This document shows, piece after piece, positions 18,172 through 28,645 of a DNA stretch of 64,000 bases (positions within the stretch are counted from its first letter, which is position 1; each line of letters opens with the position of its first letter). The translations under genes were made by a program, and so were the position numbers. The stretch comes from Candidatus Poribacteria bacterium (lineage in GTDB: Bacteria > Poribacteria > WGA-4E > WGA-3G), in NCBI GenBank assembly GCA_965242965.1, contig OZ251518.1:1248001-1312000 (forward strand). The letters run 5' to 3'. The notes beneath the pieces were generated by a model that did no database searches, had not been told where the DNA came from, and worked only from the letters and a program-made list of their open reading frames with translations.

Positions 18172-19716
18172 TTATTCAAGAAACTCAATTGCCCTCTGAA
18201 TTCGCGCCAACACCTCAACCCTACCCAGCAAGACGAGAATGTCAAATAGACTTGGCCCGAAGGAGGTGCCAGTCAGCGCGATGCGCAATGTCTGCATCGC
18301 CACGACGCGCTTGATGTCGCGCTCCTCCGTGTATTGCCAAATCGCCGATTCGACTGTCTCTAACTCAAACGGCTCTACCGCTTCCAAGACCGCCCCAAGG
18401 GCTATCAAGATGTCGCGCGCGTCTTTCTTCCACCACTTCTTGACTGCTTTCGGTTCGTATTCAGTCGGAGAGGCGAAGAAATAGCAGGTTTGCGGGACGA
18501 TGTCCTGTAATTTGCTTAAACGTTCACCCACTGCGGTGACAATCCTCTCCAACCGTTCGCGCGGTTCTGCCGCTACGTCAACTCCTTCCTCCTCCCAGAA
18601 CGGAATGACGGCATCGGTGCGCGCCGCCACATCTAACTCGCCGATGTAGTGCGTGTTGAGCCACTCCAGTTTCTTAATGTCAAAAACGCTGCCGCTCTTA
18701 CCGACTCTCCCCAGGTCAAACTTCTCAATGAGTTCCTCGACTGAGAAAATCTCCTGCTTATCATCGTAGGACCAGCCGAGGCGCGCGACGAAGTTCAGCA
18801 TCGCCGCAGGAAGATATCCCTCCTCGCGATAGCGGCTGACAGCAACTAGCTCTCCGTGGTGCCGTTTGCTCAGTTTCCTACCGGTATTGTCTAAAACCAG
18901 CGGGATATGCGCGAATTGCGGGACATTTAAACCGAGCGCGTGCGCAATGGCAATCTGCTTCGGCGTGTTGTTGAGATGCTCTGTCCCACGAATCACATGC
19001 GTTATCTGCATCGCCGCATCGTCAATAATTGACGTGAGATTGTAACTCGGCATGCCGTTTGAACGGACGATAACCTCGTCTTCCAACGTGCCCGGGTCAA
19101 TGTCTCGCGTGCCGAGCACGATGTCGGCGACGCAGATTGCGGTGTCCGGCATTTTGATGCGCACCGTCGGTTTTCTACCTTCTGCGGCGAAGCGTTCCTT
19201 GTCTGCCTGGGTGAGATAGCGGCACCTGCTGTCGTAGGCGCGGTTCTGCTTCGCTGCACGGGATTGCGCGCGTATCGCATCCAACTCTGCCGGTGTGCAG
19301 TAGCAGTGGTAAGCGTTGCCGCTGTCTAGCAACTGCTGAACGTGCCGTTCGTAAATATCTCGCCGTTCGGATTGGACGTAAGGCGCGTGTGGTCCACCCT
19401 TCTCGCCGCCTTCGTCCCAGTTGAGGCCTAACCACCGCAGCGAGTCGTAAATCCCGCGCATTGATTCATCGGTGGAACGGGCGGCATCGGTGTCGTCAAT
19501 GCGAAGAATGAATGTCCCGTTGTGATGCCGGGCAAACAGCCAGTTGAATAACGCGGTGCGCGCGCTGCCAATGTGTAAGAATCCGGTCGGCGAAGGAGCC
19601 ATCCGGACTCTGATCTGGTGTTGGGCCCGGGGGGTTTCTCCTACTGAATTGCATCGAGACCGGGAGGTCTCTCCTACTGTCTTTTGAGACTGGGAGGTTT
19701 CTCCTAGTGAGTTCAT
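18172..19716 (-). CDS. gltX: Glutamate--tRNA ligase
   Basis: [27 protein letters not shown]; start placed at the ATG overlapping the glnS stop (ATGA). Confidence 0.95.
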   Translation of the reverse strand: MNSLGETSQSQKTVGETSRSRCNSVGETPRAQHQIRVRMAPSPTGFLHIGSARTALFNWLFARHHNGTFILRIDDTDAARSTDESMRGIYDSLRWLGLNWDEGGEKGGPHAPYVQSERRDIYERHVQQLLDSGNAYHCYCTPAELDAIRAQSRAAKQNRAYDSRCRYLTQADKERFAAEGRKPTVRIKMPDTAICVADIVLGTRDIDPGTLEDEVIVRSNGMPSYNLTSIIDDAAMQITHVIRGTEHLNNTPKQIAIAHALGLNVPQFAHIPLVLDNTGRKLSKRHHGELVAVSRYREEGYLPAAMLNFVARLGWSYDDKQEIFSVEELIEKFDLGRVGKSGSVFDIKKLEWLNTHYIGELDVAARTDAVIPFWEEEGVDVAAEPRERLERIVTAVGERLSKLQDIVPQTCYFFASPTEYEPKAVKKWWKKDARDILIALGAVLEAVEPFELETVESAIWQYTEERDIKRVVAMQTLRIALTGTSFGPSLFDILVLLGRVEVLARIQRAIEFLE

Positions 19717-21449
19717 TTCTTCTGTCCTCGCTGAATTTTCGCCCAACTATCCCGCAACGGGACGGTGCGGTTGAATACCAACTTCTCCGCCGTTGTATCC
19801 GGATCGACGCAGAAATAGCCCATCCGGAGGAACTGATACCGCGTGCCGTGCGGAACGCCGACAAGACTCGGTTCAACTTTGCAACCCGTTAAAACTTCCA
19901 AGGAGTTCGGATTGATGAAGGCTGTCCAATCAGTCCCATCGGCGGCGTTCTCCGGTTCACGTTCGGTGAAAAGTGACTCGTAGAGGCGCGCTTCGGCATT
20001 GACAGCGTGCGCCGCTGATACCCAGTGCAATGTGCCGCGCACCCTGCGGCCATCGTCAGACCAGCCACCGCGCGTCCCCGGGTCATACGTGCAGTGAATT
20101 TCAAGAATCTCGCCGGTGCCCGGGTCTTTCACGACGCTTTCGCACGTGACGTAATAGGCGTGCTTGAGGCGCACCTCGCGTCCGGGGGCCAAACGGAAGA
20201 ATTTCCGGGGCGGGTCCTCCATGAAATCCTCGCGTTCAATGTAGAGTTCCCGCGAAAACGGGATTTGCCGCGTGCCAGCATCCGCGTCTTCCGGGTTATT
20301 TTCCGCTTCCAGCCATTCCACCTCTCCATCGGGATAGTTGTCAATAACCACTTTGACAGGATTCAGCACTGCCATGACGCGGGGGGCGCGTTGGTTCAAG
20401 TCAGTCCGGATGGAATACTCCAACTGACTCATCTCAATGAGATTATCCGCCTTTGAAACGCCGATGCGGTTGCAGAAATCGTGAATCGCCGCCGGCGTAT
20501 ACCCACGACGGCGCATCCCGGCGAGCGTCGGCAGGCGAGGATCGTCCCAGTCATTGACATGTCCTTCCTGCACCAGCACGCGCAACTTCCGCTTGCCTAG
20601 CACCGTGTGCGTTAAATTCAGGCGCGCGAATTCTATTTGGCGCGGCCGGTAAATTTCCAACGCCTCCAGAAACCAGTCGTAAAGTGGACGATGATCTTCA
20701 AATTGGACATCGCATAACGAATGCGTGATACCCTCAATAGAATCGGATTGCCCGTGCGTGAAATCGTAGGTAGGATAGATGCACCACTCCGTGCCGTATC
20801 GATAGTGCGGCGCGCGGAGAACGCGATACATCACCGGGTCGCGCATGTTAAGATTGGGGCTCGCCATATCGATTTTGGCGCGAAGCGTGCGAGAACCGTC
20901 CGGGAATTCGCCGTTACGCATGCCGCGAAACAACGCCAGATTCTCCGCAACCGAACGGGTGCGGTAGGGACTATCTTTGCCGGGTTCGACTAAAGTGCCG
21001 CGATAGGCGCGCATCTCGTCCGGTGTCAGATCGCAGACATACGCCTTCCCCTTTTCGATGAGTTTGATGGCATAGCCGTAGAGCGTCTCAAAGTAATCGG
21101 AGGCGTAAAACTCGCGTTCTTCCCAGTCAAAACCGAGCCAGCGAACATCGCGTTTGATCGCCTCGACATACTCGTGTTCCTCGGTGATGGGGTTGCTGTC
21201 GTCAAAGCGGAGGTTATAGAGGCCGCCGTAGTCTTCGGCGATGCCGAAGCTAATGCAGATGGCTTTGGCATGTCCGATGTGGAGATAGCCGCTCGGTTCC
21301 GGTGGAAATCGGGTATGCACTTTTCCGTCATAAGTGTTATCCGCCAGGTCCTTCTCAACTTCTTGGCGGATGAAATCGAGATTCGTTTTCGCGGCGGGTT
21401 TTTCGTCGTTTTCGGTGCTATGTTTTGGGTTAGCGTCCGAATTTTTCAT
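19713..21449 (-). CDS. glnS: Glutamine--tRNA ligase
   Basis: [56 protein letters not shown]. Confidence 0.96.
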   Translation of the reverse strand: MKNSDANPKHSTENDEKPAAKTNLDFIRQEVEKDLADNTYDGKVHTRFPPEPSGYLHIGHAKAICISFGIAEDYGGLYNLRFDDSNPITEEHEYVEAIKRDVRWLGFDWEEREFYASDYFETLYGYAIKLIEKGKAYVCDLTPDEMRAYRGTLVEPGKDSPYRTRSVAENLALFRGMRNGEFPDGSRTLRAKIDMASPNLNMRDPVMYRVLRAPHYRYGTEWCIYPTYDFTHGQSDSIEGITHSLCDVQFEDHRPLYDWFLEALEIYRPRQIEFARLNLTHTVLGKRKLRVLVQEGHVNDWDDPRLPTLAGMRRRGYTPAAIHDFCNRIGVSKADNLIEMSQLEYSIRTDLNQRAPRVMAVLNPVKVVIDNYPDGEVEWLEAENNPEDADAGTRQIPFSRELYIEREDFMEDPPRKFFRLAPGREVRLKHAYYVTCESVVKDPGTGEILEIHCTYDPGTRGGWSDDGRRVRGTLHWVSAAHAVNAEARLYESLFTEREPENAADGTDWTAFINPNSLEVLTGCKVEPSLVGVPHGTRYQFLRMGYFCVDPDTTAEKLVFNRTVPLRDSWAKIQRGQKK

Positions 21450-21487
21450 AACAGGGCTCCATGATGCAAAAAGGTTTACGTTGCGAT

Positions 21488-21517
21488 ATTATACCTGAGA
21501 ACCGGGGCCAAAGTCAA
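21488..21517 (-). promoter_or_regulatory. Sigma70-type promoter for glnS-gltX
   Basis: TTGACT-18 nt-TATAAT on the minus strand. Confidence 0.6.
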
Positions 21518-21548
21518 GGAATTTTCTGCAATTCCCCTCCCATTCCCC

Positions 21549-21756
21549 GGTAGGCGAGACCTCCAGGTCTCGATTTCTTTCTCCTGACCTCGATGTTCCC
21601 GTAGCGCGGGCCCCTCGGATGCCATACGCGCATCCGAGCGAGTTTCCCCCGCGCGGGTTAGATTGCGCGAGCGATGGCGAGGGACAGGCCCTCGCCCTAC
21701 GATGAAGGGGGACCTTCTGCAGCCCTATTGCATCGAGACCAGGAGGTCTCTCCTAC
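21549..21756. repeat. REP cluster
   Basis: gtaggcgagacctccaggtctc, gtagcgcggg and gagaccaggaggtctctcctac units. Confidence 0.75.
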
Positions 21757-21917
21757 GCCCGCTCTTGACCAGGTTGGAGATTAGGCGATTTTAACAGAAA
21801 CCGGTCCCCTGCTTGTGCAGGCAGGTCGACCGGAATATCGCCAGTCACCTGAACAATACTCTCGCCAAATTCGTTGACAATTTTCGTGATGTTTTCTTGA
21901 GATTCTAGTTTTTCCAT
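21753..21917 (-). CDS. Small hypothetical protein (54 aa), possibly leaderless
   Basis: MEKLESQENITKIVNEFGESIVQVTG...; TTGACA-17-TATTAT ends 6 nt before the ATG. Confidence 0.45.
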   Translation of the reverse strand: MEKLESQENITKIVNEFGESIVQVTGDIPVDLPAQAGDRFLLKSPNLQPGQERA

Positions 21918-22038
21918 GGGGATATAATACAAAAATTACGGAGAAATGTCAATTTTTCAGAAAAAAGTTGTAACCTTTCCTGCAATGCATCGTTTTTTTA
22001 CTTATGACGTAAAAGATTTTTATTAAGGAGGTTTACCC

Positions 22039-22230
22039 ATGCATTCCAAGGATACGCCGAAGAACCATTCCAGTTTCTACGAAGTGGCTCTGTATCTTGC
22101 GGTAGCGAAGGCACAGCAGAATGAATTCCGATGGGAGGCGTTCATTGACGATGTGTCCCAGATTTGCGACAGATTCGCGACGCACATTGCTTCCCAAGGC
22201 ATCTCTGCTTCCAAGTTGTCACGCCGATAG
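22039..22230 (+). CDS. Small hypothetical protein (63 aa)
   Basis: Strong TAAGGAGGT RBS ahead of the ATG. Confidence 0.6.
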   Translation: MHSKDTPKNHSSFYEVALYLAVAKAQQNEFRWEAFIDDVSQICDRFATHIASQGISASKLSRR

Positions 22231-22295
22231 TTGTGACGTTCCCTGTTAAAGACGAGGTTCATTGTCCTACCCTGACAATGTGCCTCGTTTTTTCT

Positions 22296-23567
22296 TCAGA
22301 GCGGTTCATTCAACTTCTCATGATTCCGCATAATCTTAACGAGGGAGCTTACCAGCTTCTCCGGGGCGTGGCGGATGACGTTCATTTCAACGCCGCCTTC
22401 CTTCACTACCATGTCGCGAATCAGGTCTGCCTCAACGACAGTCATTCCCTGCTCCGCCAGATTTTCCCCTTCCGCATTGTAAGATACCTGCACCTTCGAG
22501 GCATCCGCCACCAGCATCGTCTCCGCTGAGAGCAGTGAAATGTGCTTAGCGAGGTTCATCACATCCATCGGGTGCGCCTTGTTTTCGTAAAGCATAGAGA
22601 GTCCGTCTTCGGAAAGCGAGCGGATGCGGGTGAGCTGCGCCAGCAACTCCTGCCGCACATATTCCTGAATGACTTCGGTTGGCGCGGGATGATTATTGAC
22701 GAGAACGTATTGTAACGTGATTTTCGCGTGGTCCAACAGGGCATTGACGTGGTCCGTGACAGCGTAACCGTCGGTTTCACCGGGCTGCGTCATGACGTTA
22801 CAGACGTAGATTTTCATGGCATTGGAACGCTGTATTGCGTCAACAATGCCTTTGATGACGAGATTCGGCATGATGCTGGTATAAAGACTCCCCGGTCCGA
22901 TGATAATGACATCGGCGTTCAGCAGTGCGTCTATCGCCTCGTGGTGTGCTTGGCATTCGTAGATTTCGCTTGGTTGTTCATCCCGATGGTGCGTTTTGCC
23001 ATTCTCGCGCCGCTCAAAAAAGACGCGCTTGATGGGTTCGCGGTTCTCGCGTTTGGGGATAGTCGATTCGCCGCGGACAATCTCGCCATCGGCGAGTTCG
23101 GCGCACAGCACGGTGTAGTCTAACGTCACGGGGATAATCCTGCCGCGCACAGCGAGGAGCCGCGATGCGGCTTGGATGGCTTTTGGAAAGTTGCCTTTCA
23201 ATGCTGTCAATGCCGTGAGCAGGATATTGCCGATGGTATGCCCACCGAGTTCGCCGTTGCTTGAGAATCGGTATTCAAACAGCCCGGCGAGTTCATCTGC
23301 ATCGGATAAGGTGAACAGCAGCCGCCGGATGTCGCCGGGAGGAAGCACGTCAAACTCTTCGACGAGGCGGCCGGAGCTCCCTCCATCGTCGGAGACGGTG
23401 ACGATGGCAGTGAGGTTATCCAAATCGATAATCTTATCGTCGCCGAGGTTGATGTCTGCGTAGTGTTTGATGCCGCTGAGCAGTGCGGACAATCCACTAC
23501 CGCCGCCGATACAGGCGAGCCTTAAGTTCTTTGTATGTTGCACGTTTGATACGTTCTCTGATTTCAT
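22296..23567 (-). CDS. yvcK: YvcK/CofD-like UDP-GlcNAc-binding protein (GlmR family)
   Basis: IGGGSGLS, VTVSDDGGSSGRL, PPGDIR, IGPGSLYTSIMPNL, NVMTQPGETDGY; start reassigned to ATG 23567 after GGAG. Confidence 0.9.
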   Translation of the reverse strand: MKSENVSNVQHTKNLRLACIGGGSGLSALLSGIKHYADINLGDDKIIDLDNLTAIVTVSDDGGSSGRLVEEFDVLPPGDIRRLLFTLSDADELAGLFEYRFSSNGELGGHTIGNILLTALTALKGNFPKAIQAASRLLAVRGRIIPVTLDYTVLCAELADGEIVRGESTIPKRENREPIKRVFFERRENGKTHHRDEQPSEIYECQAHHEAIDALLNADVIIIGPGSLYTSIMPNLVIKGIVDAIQRSNAMKIYVCNVMTQPGETDGYAVTDHVNALLDHAKITLQYVLVNNHPAPTEVIQEYVRQELLAQLTRIRSLSEDGLSMLYENKAHPMDVMNLAKHISLLSAETMLVADASKVQVSYNAEGENLAEQGMTVVEADLIRDMVVKEGGVEMNVIRHAPEKLVSSLVKIMRNHEKLNEPL

Positions 23568-23704
23568 CGCGTCTGTCTCCGCATATCTGTCGCCTTGTTT
23601 GGTAGGCGCGGTTACAAACCGCGCCTGCACCCGGCACGCTTAGAACGCGCGCCTACCCGCAAAATTAATTTTGCGTTAATCATATCACAACATAAATAAC
23701 GCAA

Positions 23705-25177
23705 TTAACGGCAAATCTGTTTCATTAACATTTGCAGCGTGTCCAACGTCTCGTCACAGAGAGCCTCCGCTTCCGCCGCCGTAGGTGCTTCGCTGAACAC
23801 CCGAATGACAGGTTCGGTGCCTGATTTGCGGATGTTCACCCATCTGTCATCCCAGCTGCGCTTGATACCGTCACCCAGGTCAAGTTGCGGCATCGGGAGG
23901 GGTTTTTCATGCGAGACAGGGGTGTCCTTTCCCTTTGAGTCCGGGAGTGCTCTCCTATCGGTATAGATTTCCTCGGCGCGCGCAATGAGCTGCGTTGCGA
24001 TGTCTTGCGAGGGTATCTCCAGTTTCTTGCGACACATCTCGTAGTGCGGCAGACTCTCCACGAGTGCTGTCACGGTGCTCACGGTGCCATCTGAATCGCT
24101 TTGCAGACGTGTTTCAGCCAGACGTTGCACCATCGCCGCAATGGAAGCGATGCCGTCGGTAGTATGATGGATGCTCGGATAGATAACGCCGCCGGTGCCT
24201 TCGCCGCCAATAACGGCGTTCACCTCGTGCATTTTCTCCACCACCCATCCCACACCGACTTTCGTTCGGTGGAGCGTCACGCCGTGCTTCGCGGCGACAT
24301 CATCTAGCATCCGACTTGTTGATACCGTTGCGACGATATCACCCTTCGTCTGCTTGAGGATAAAATCGGCGATGAGCGCGAACGTCCATTCGCCGCTCAG
24401 CGGAACACCGCGTTCTGTCACAATGACAAGTCTATCCGCGTCTCCATCGTGCGCGAATCCGATGTCGGCGTTGGTGACGCGCACCGTTTCACACAACTCG
24501 CCGAGGGCATCAGGCGTAGGTTCGGCGGGCCGGCGGAAGTGCCCATCGGGAACGCAGTTGAGTTCAACAACCCGACAGCCGAGCTCTCGCAACAGCGTTG
24601 GGCTGATGACGCTTCCCGCGCCGTTGCCGCAGTCCAGCACTACCTTCAGATTCGCTTTTTGAATCAAGTCGTGTTCAAGCCACGGTGAACTCATTATCGT
24701 TGCGAGGTGATACGCTATGGCATCGCTGTCGGTTTCTAGCCGGCCTTGTTCGTTCCACGGTGCGAGCGCGAACTCTTCTGTTTCAAAGATACGCGCGATT
24801 TCGTCGCGTTCCGCTTGCGTCAAAAGCCTCCCCGATGCCGACGCGAATTCAATCCCGTTCCACTCCATGGGGTTATGACTGGCGGTGATGGTGACACTGC
24901 CTTGCGCATCAAGTGCCTTCGCCATCAAGAGGATAGTCGGTGTCGGACAGAGTCCAACGTCAATGACGCGGCACCCAGTGGCGAGCAGACCGGCAAGCAC
25001 CGCGTGCTGAACCATCGGCCCCGAGGTCCGCGAGTCTTTCCCAATTACCACTGTTCTACCGGCGACAAACGTGCCGAACGCCATCGCAAATTGCGTGATG
25101 AGCCTCGGGTCCAACGAAACGCCTACCTGTCCGCGAACGCCTGAAACGCTAATGATGGGTTGTTCTATGTTAGCCAT
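23705..25177 (-). CDS. glmM: Phosphoglucosamine mutase / phosphohexomutase
   Basis: SVSGVRG, ITASHNP, HDGDADR, GGEGTGG, RKSGTEPVIR. Confidence 0.8.
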   Translation of the reverse strand: MANIEQPIISVSGVRGQVGVSLDPRLITQFAMAFGTFVAGRTVVIGKDSRTSGPMVQHAVLAGLLATGCRVIDVGLCPTPTILLMAKALDAQGSVTITASHNPMEWNGIEFASASGRLLTQAERDEIARIFETEEFALAPWNEQGRLETDSDAIAYHLATIMSSPWLEHDLIQKANLKVVLDCGNGAGSVISPTLLRELGCRVVELNCVPDGHFRRPAEPTPDALGELCETVRVTNADIGFAHDGDADRLVIVTERGVPLSGEWTFALIADFILKQTKGDIVATVSTSRMLDDVAAKHGVTLHRTKVGVGWVVEKMHEVNAVIGGEGTGGVIYPSIHHTTDGIASIAAMVQRLAETRLQSDSDGTVSTVTALVESLPHYEMCRKKLEIPSQDIATQLIARAEEIYTDRRALPDSKGKDTPVSHEKPLPMPQLDLGDGIKRSWDDRWVNIRKSGTEPVIRVFSEAPTAAEAEALCDETLDTLQMLMKQICR

Positions 25178-25205
25178 GTTTTTGTATTTCCTTTCGTTAG
25201 TCTGG

Positions 25206-25925
25206 CTAATCGCGTATCAAACCGAGTAGGCAGATGCCGCCGATACATACCTGCCAGAAACAGACGAGGTACCACGGTGGATAGGCGAAAAGATACGATG
25301 GAATCGGCGTTAACTCGTAGAGCAACGGTGTCCTGAAGATATCCGTTTCCGCCAAAATCGCGCACACGGCCATCAGCGGATTTGCATGGAGAACCAGCGG
25401 AATTATCGGTTGAACGCTGTCAATATAACGTTCCAAAGGTGCCAGTAAAAACATGCCGCCGATAGTCGTGCACCAGAGGAGATACGCGAGTTCTGTGCCG
25501 AAAAGCACGTCTCGAAAAACCTTCGCGCCCCACATGCCGACAGCTCCAGCGGAAAAACTGTAGATGCCTAGCACGGCGAGCATTTGCAACGCCTTCACGA
25601 ACGGTGGTTCCATCGCACAGAAAAGGAACGCCGTTGATAGAAACGCCCAACATAAGAGCGGCACCTGACCCGTGGCAAGTTGCGTCAATAAGCGTTTCCT
25701 AGTTGAACTGCGACTGAGGGTTAGCAGAACGGAATCGCCTTCCGTGCGGTTCATATATGCCGCCAAATAAGGTGCCGCCAGAAGCACGACGCACCCCTGT
25801 GCGAGCGCGAAACACGCCGTCGGTGAGCCGAGTTTCGCGTGGGCTAGCAAGAGATATATTACCCACGACAGCAAACTGGCAGACAGGACTGTGAGTGCAA
25901 TGATGGCGCGGCGGACACCAAGCAT
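25206..25925 (-). CDS. Integral membrane protein (ABC-2 permease-like)
   Basis: About six hydrophobic segments; NPL motif. Confidence 0.55.
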   Translation of the reverse strand: MLGVRRAIIALTVLSASLLSWVIYLLLAHAKLGSPTACFALAQGCVVLLAAPYLAAYMNRTEGDSVLLTLSRSSTRKRLLTQLATGQVPLLCWAFLSTAFLFCAMEPPFVKALQMLAVLGIYSFSAGAVGMWGAKVFRDVLFGTELAYLLWCTTIGGMFLLAPLERYIDSVQPIIPLVLHANPLMAVCAILAETDIFRTPLLYELTPIPSYLFAYPPWYLVCFWQVCIGGICLLGLIRD

Positions 25926-26569
25926 TAGTAATCTCCGCGGAGCCGTAAGAGTGTCTCGGCAATGCCAATAAGGTTCGGGTTGATAAGCAACGCTTGTTTG
26001 TATGCCTCAATTGCCTCCTCAATTTTCCCGAGTCTGACATAGACGTGCCCCATCCCGGCGAACGCGCCGAAGTGGTTCGGGTTGAGCGCGATGGCGCGCT
26101 TACAATCTCTGATGGATTTGCTCCACTCTTCCATTAAGAAATAGGCGATGGCGCGCTGATTGTAGCCTTCGGCGAACGCCGGGGCGGCTTCAATAACTTC
26201 GGTGAAACGTTCAACCGCTTCTTCATACGCCTCGTCTTCCAATAGCGATTTGCCATCGCTAAGCATTTTATCGATGGAGGCATCGCCGGAACGCGACCAG
26301 ATGTGCCACAGCGCGCTTTCGGCAGAAAGGCGGGTGCCGAGGTCATCGTCCTTGAGCGCGTCAATGAGTGCAGGCACGACTTCTTCGTCGCCGATAATTT
26401 TAAGCGCGGCAGCCGCCGCACGCGTAACGAGCGGGTCTTCACGTTTCAGGTATCCTAACAACGTTTCTGCTGAGTATTGCTCGGTGAGGCGTTGTTTTAG
26501 TTTTTCGGTATTGCCGGAATGCTTAAACATCAGTTTCGCCAATTCCGAAAATCCGTTATGCTTGTGCAT
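25925..26569 (-). CDS. HEAT-repeat + TPR protein
   Basis: HEAT-like 'VPALIDALKDDD..R..AESALW'; three TPRs. Confidence 0.85.
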   Translation of the reverse strand: MHKHNGFSELAKLMFKHSGNTEKLKQRLTEQYSAETLLGYLKREDPLVTRAAAAALKIIGDEEVVPALIDALKDDDLGTRLSAESALWHIWSRSGDASIDKMLSDGKSLLEDEAYEEAVERFTEVIEAAPAFAEGYNQRAIAYFLMEEWSKSIRDCKRAIALNPNHFGAFAGMGHVYVRLGKIEEAIEAYKQALLINPNLIGIAETLLRLRGDY

Positions 26570-26821
26570 CGTAAACCTCGCGATGGATAAAAACTAGTTT
26601 TATAGGTATTATAGCATATCTTCGCAGGAATAGCAACAGAATAATACCAAATGCACGCTGTAGTTTGCCTTGCCCTATGAAGATGGGGGCAACTACCCCA
26701 ACGTGTTATGTCTATCAAAAACCTAATCTTTGCTAATCTTGTAAATCTTGTAAATCCTGCTCATGTTTTCGGAACCGGGAGAGAATCGTAGTGTATCAGG
26801 GGCTGGCAGACCTCATCACCT

Positions 26822-27517
26822 CTGTAGGTCAGGATCGTCTGATCCTGACCCGTTCGGGAGCGGGCTCTCCCGAACTACAGAGGTGGACACCCAATACTGG
26901 TCTTGACTCCCCACGGTAGGAGAGACCTCCTGGTCTCGATTTTCACTGTAGCAAGAGGTGGCGTTTTAGGTCCTTTAGCACCTACATGTCTATAGAAACA
27001 CGTGCCGGTCCCTTTTCAAGGTCCTTTAGGACCTTAATAAAAACACGCGCTGACCTCGCAAAAACTATTAAGGACCTAAAGGCCCTTAGGGTTCTTCGCG
27101 TCTGCGCGTGCTATAGACATTCAGGTCCTACAGACCTGAAGAGAAAGAGAGCCGTTTTTTTGTTCGTAGCGCGGGGGCCTGTCCCCCGCGAGCGTTGGAT
27201 TGCGCGGACGATGGCAAGGGAAACCCGCTCGCGCGCGCGGGTGGCATGCGAGGGCCCAAGCCCTACGACGCAGGGGGGCTTTCTGCCGCCGCTGCCCCGG
27301 GAGGCGCGCCGCCTATAAGTCAGGCTCGCCTGAAGTTCTGGCATATTTGCCAAATGATCCTGACCCGTTCGGGAGCGGGTGCTCCCGAACTACAGAGGTG
27401 GGCCCAATGCCTTCCTGATACGAACCACATCAAGACCGGGTGGAAGAAATCGAGACCAGGAGGTCTCTCCTACGGGGGACATCGCTCCCATCGAGACCGG
27501 GAGGTCTCTCCTACCGG
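26822..27517. repeat. Mixed REP cluster
   Basis: GTAG palindromes plus aggtcctttaggacctt/ctatagacat units. Confidence 0.8.
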
Positions 27518-27570
27518 TAAAGATAGGGACAACTGTCCGTTTTTCAATTTTGGAAACGAAATGTTTTGGC

Positions 27571-27599
27571 TTGACAAAAAGCACGTTTTCGGGTATCAT
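27571..27599 (+). promoter_or_regulatory. Sigma70-type promoter
   Basis: TTGACA-17 nt-TATCAT. Confidence 0.65.
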
Positions 27600-27606
27600 A
27601 AAATTT

Positions 27607-28626
27607 GTGTATACACTTGAGCCACTTACCACACAAAATAGCGACAGATGGGACGCGCTCCTCCTGCAGTGCAGTGAAAGCACCGCGTTCCAGTCCCTCG
27701 CATGGCGAGACGCGCTGGACAGTGCCTTCAAACAACTCACGCCGGTATATCTATTAATTCAGGAGGATGACACAGTTATCGGCGGTTTGCCGGCGTTCGT
27801 GTTTCAACCGATACCGGGTATAAAATTGTGGCATTCACTGCCGTGGAACCTGTTCGGTGGGGTGTTTATCATAGATTCGGTGCAGGTTAACTTCGCTGAA
27901 CTGATGTGGGCAGTTGAAACCTATCTTGAAAACGCATCGGCGGAAAAGGGATGGTGTGAAAGGCGGTGGACATTTTCGCCGCGGCACAGCGAAACATACA
28001 GCGGCACTCTCGCCGAAATGGGTTATGAACGCACCGAACATTTCACGCACCTTCTGCAGACGAACAGAGACGTTGACGCTCTCTGGCGCGCCTATAATAA
28101 ACGCGTCCGCGGCGCAGTGCGGAAAGCGGAGAAGTCAGGCATAACTGTCACGGATACGGCAGATGAGGCAAGGCTCGCCGCCTTCTACGAGATGTATTTA
28201 ACCACCGTGAAACGCTTAGGCGGCACGCCGAAACCGTTGTCGCTTCTGCGCATCTTAATGCGGCGCAACCTTGCGAGATTGGCTATCGCTACCTACGATG
28301 GCACGATTATCGCCGGGCTTCTCTATCTCCATTTCAATCGGACGGTGACGCTGTGGTGTGAGGCTTCGGTGCCAGAGTTTCTGCAATATCGGCCTAACAA
28401 TGCGATTTTCCACTACATTCTCACGTGGGCGTGCGAGGCGGGATATGACTGGGTGGATTTTGGTGCGTCACCACCGGAAAACAAGGGGTTAATCGCGCAC
28501 AAAGAGCAATACCGCGCCAAACGGTTCGATTTCTGTCACTACACGAAAGTCGTTTCGCCGATAAGACGGGCCTTATGGACGCAAAGTGAGGGTATCCTCC
28601 GCAAAATTTATGCACGGATGCAATAG
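27607..28626 (+). CDS. FemAB-like GNAT N-acetyltransferase
   Basis: FQSLAW, RGAVRKAEKSG, PNNAIF, DFGAS; upstream part of the ORF is REP-derived, GTG 27607 preferred. Confidence 0.8.
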   Translation: MYTLEPLTTQNSDRWDALLLQCSESTAFQSLAWRDALDSAFKQLTPVYLLIQEDDTVIGGLPAFVFQPIPGIKLWHSLPWNLFGGVFIIDSVQVNFAELMWAVETYLENASAEKGWCERRWTFSPRHSETYSGTLAEMGYERTEHFTHLLQTNRDVDALWRAYNKRVRGAVRKAEKSGITVTDTADEARLAAFYEMYLTTVKRLGGTPKPLSLLRILMRRNLARLAIATYDGTIIAGLLYLHFNRTVTLWCEASVPEFLQYRPNNAIFHYILTWACEAGYDWVDFGASPPENKGLIAHKEQYRAKRFDFCHYTKVVSPIRRALWTQSEGILRKIYARMQ

Positions 28627-28645
28627 AAATTTGAGGGATCAAAAC

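Noticed and set aside
27379-27606. Long N-terminal extensions in the ORF track (also 5197, 23630, 37491, 40179, 47535)
   Set aside because: They run through REP or intergenic DNA; better starts with an RBS or promoter lie downstream.
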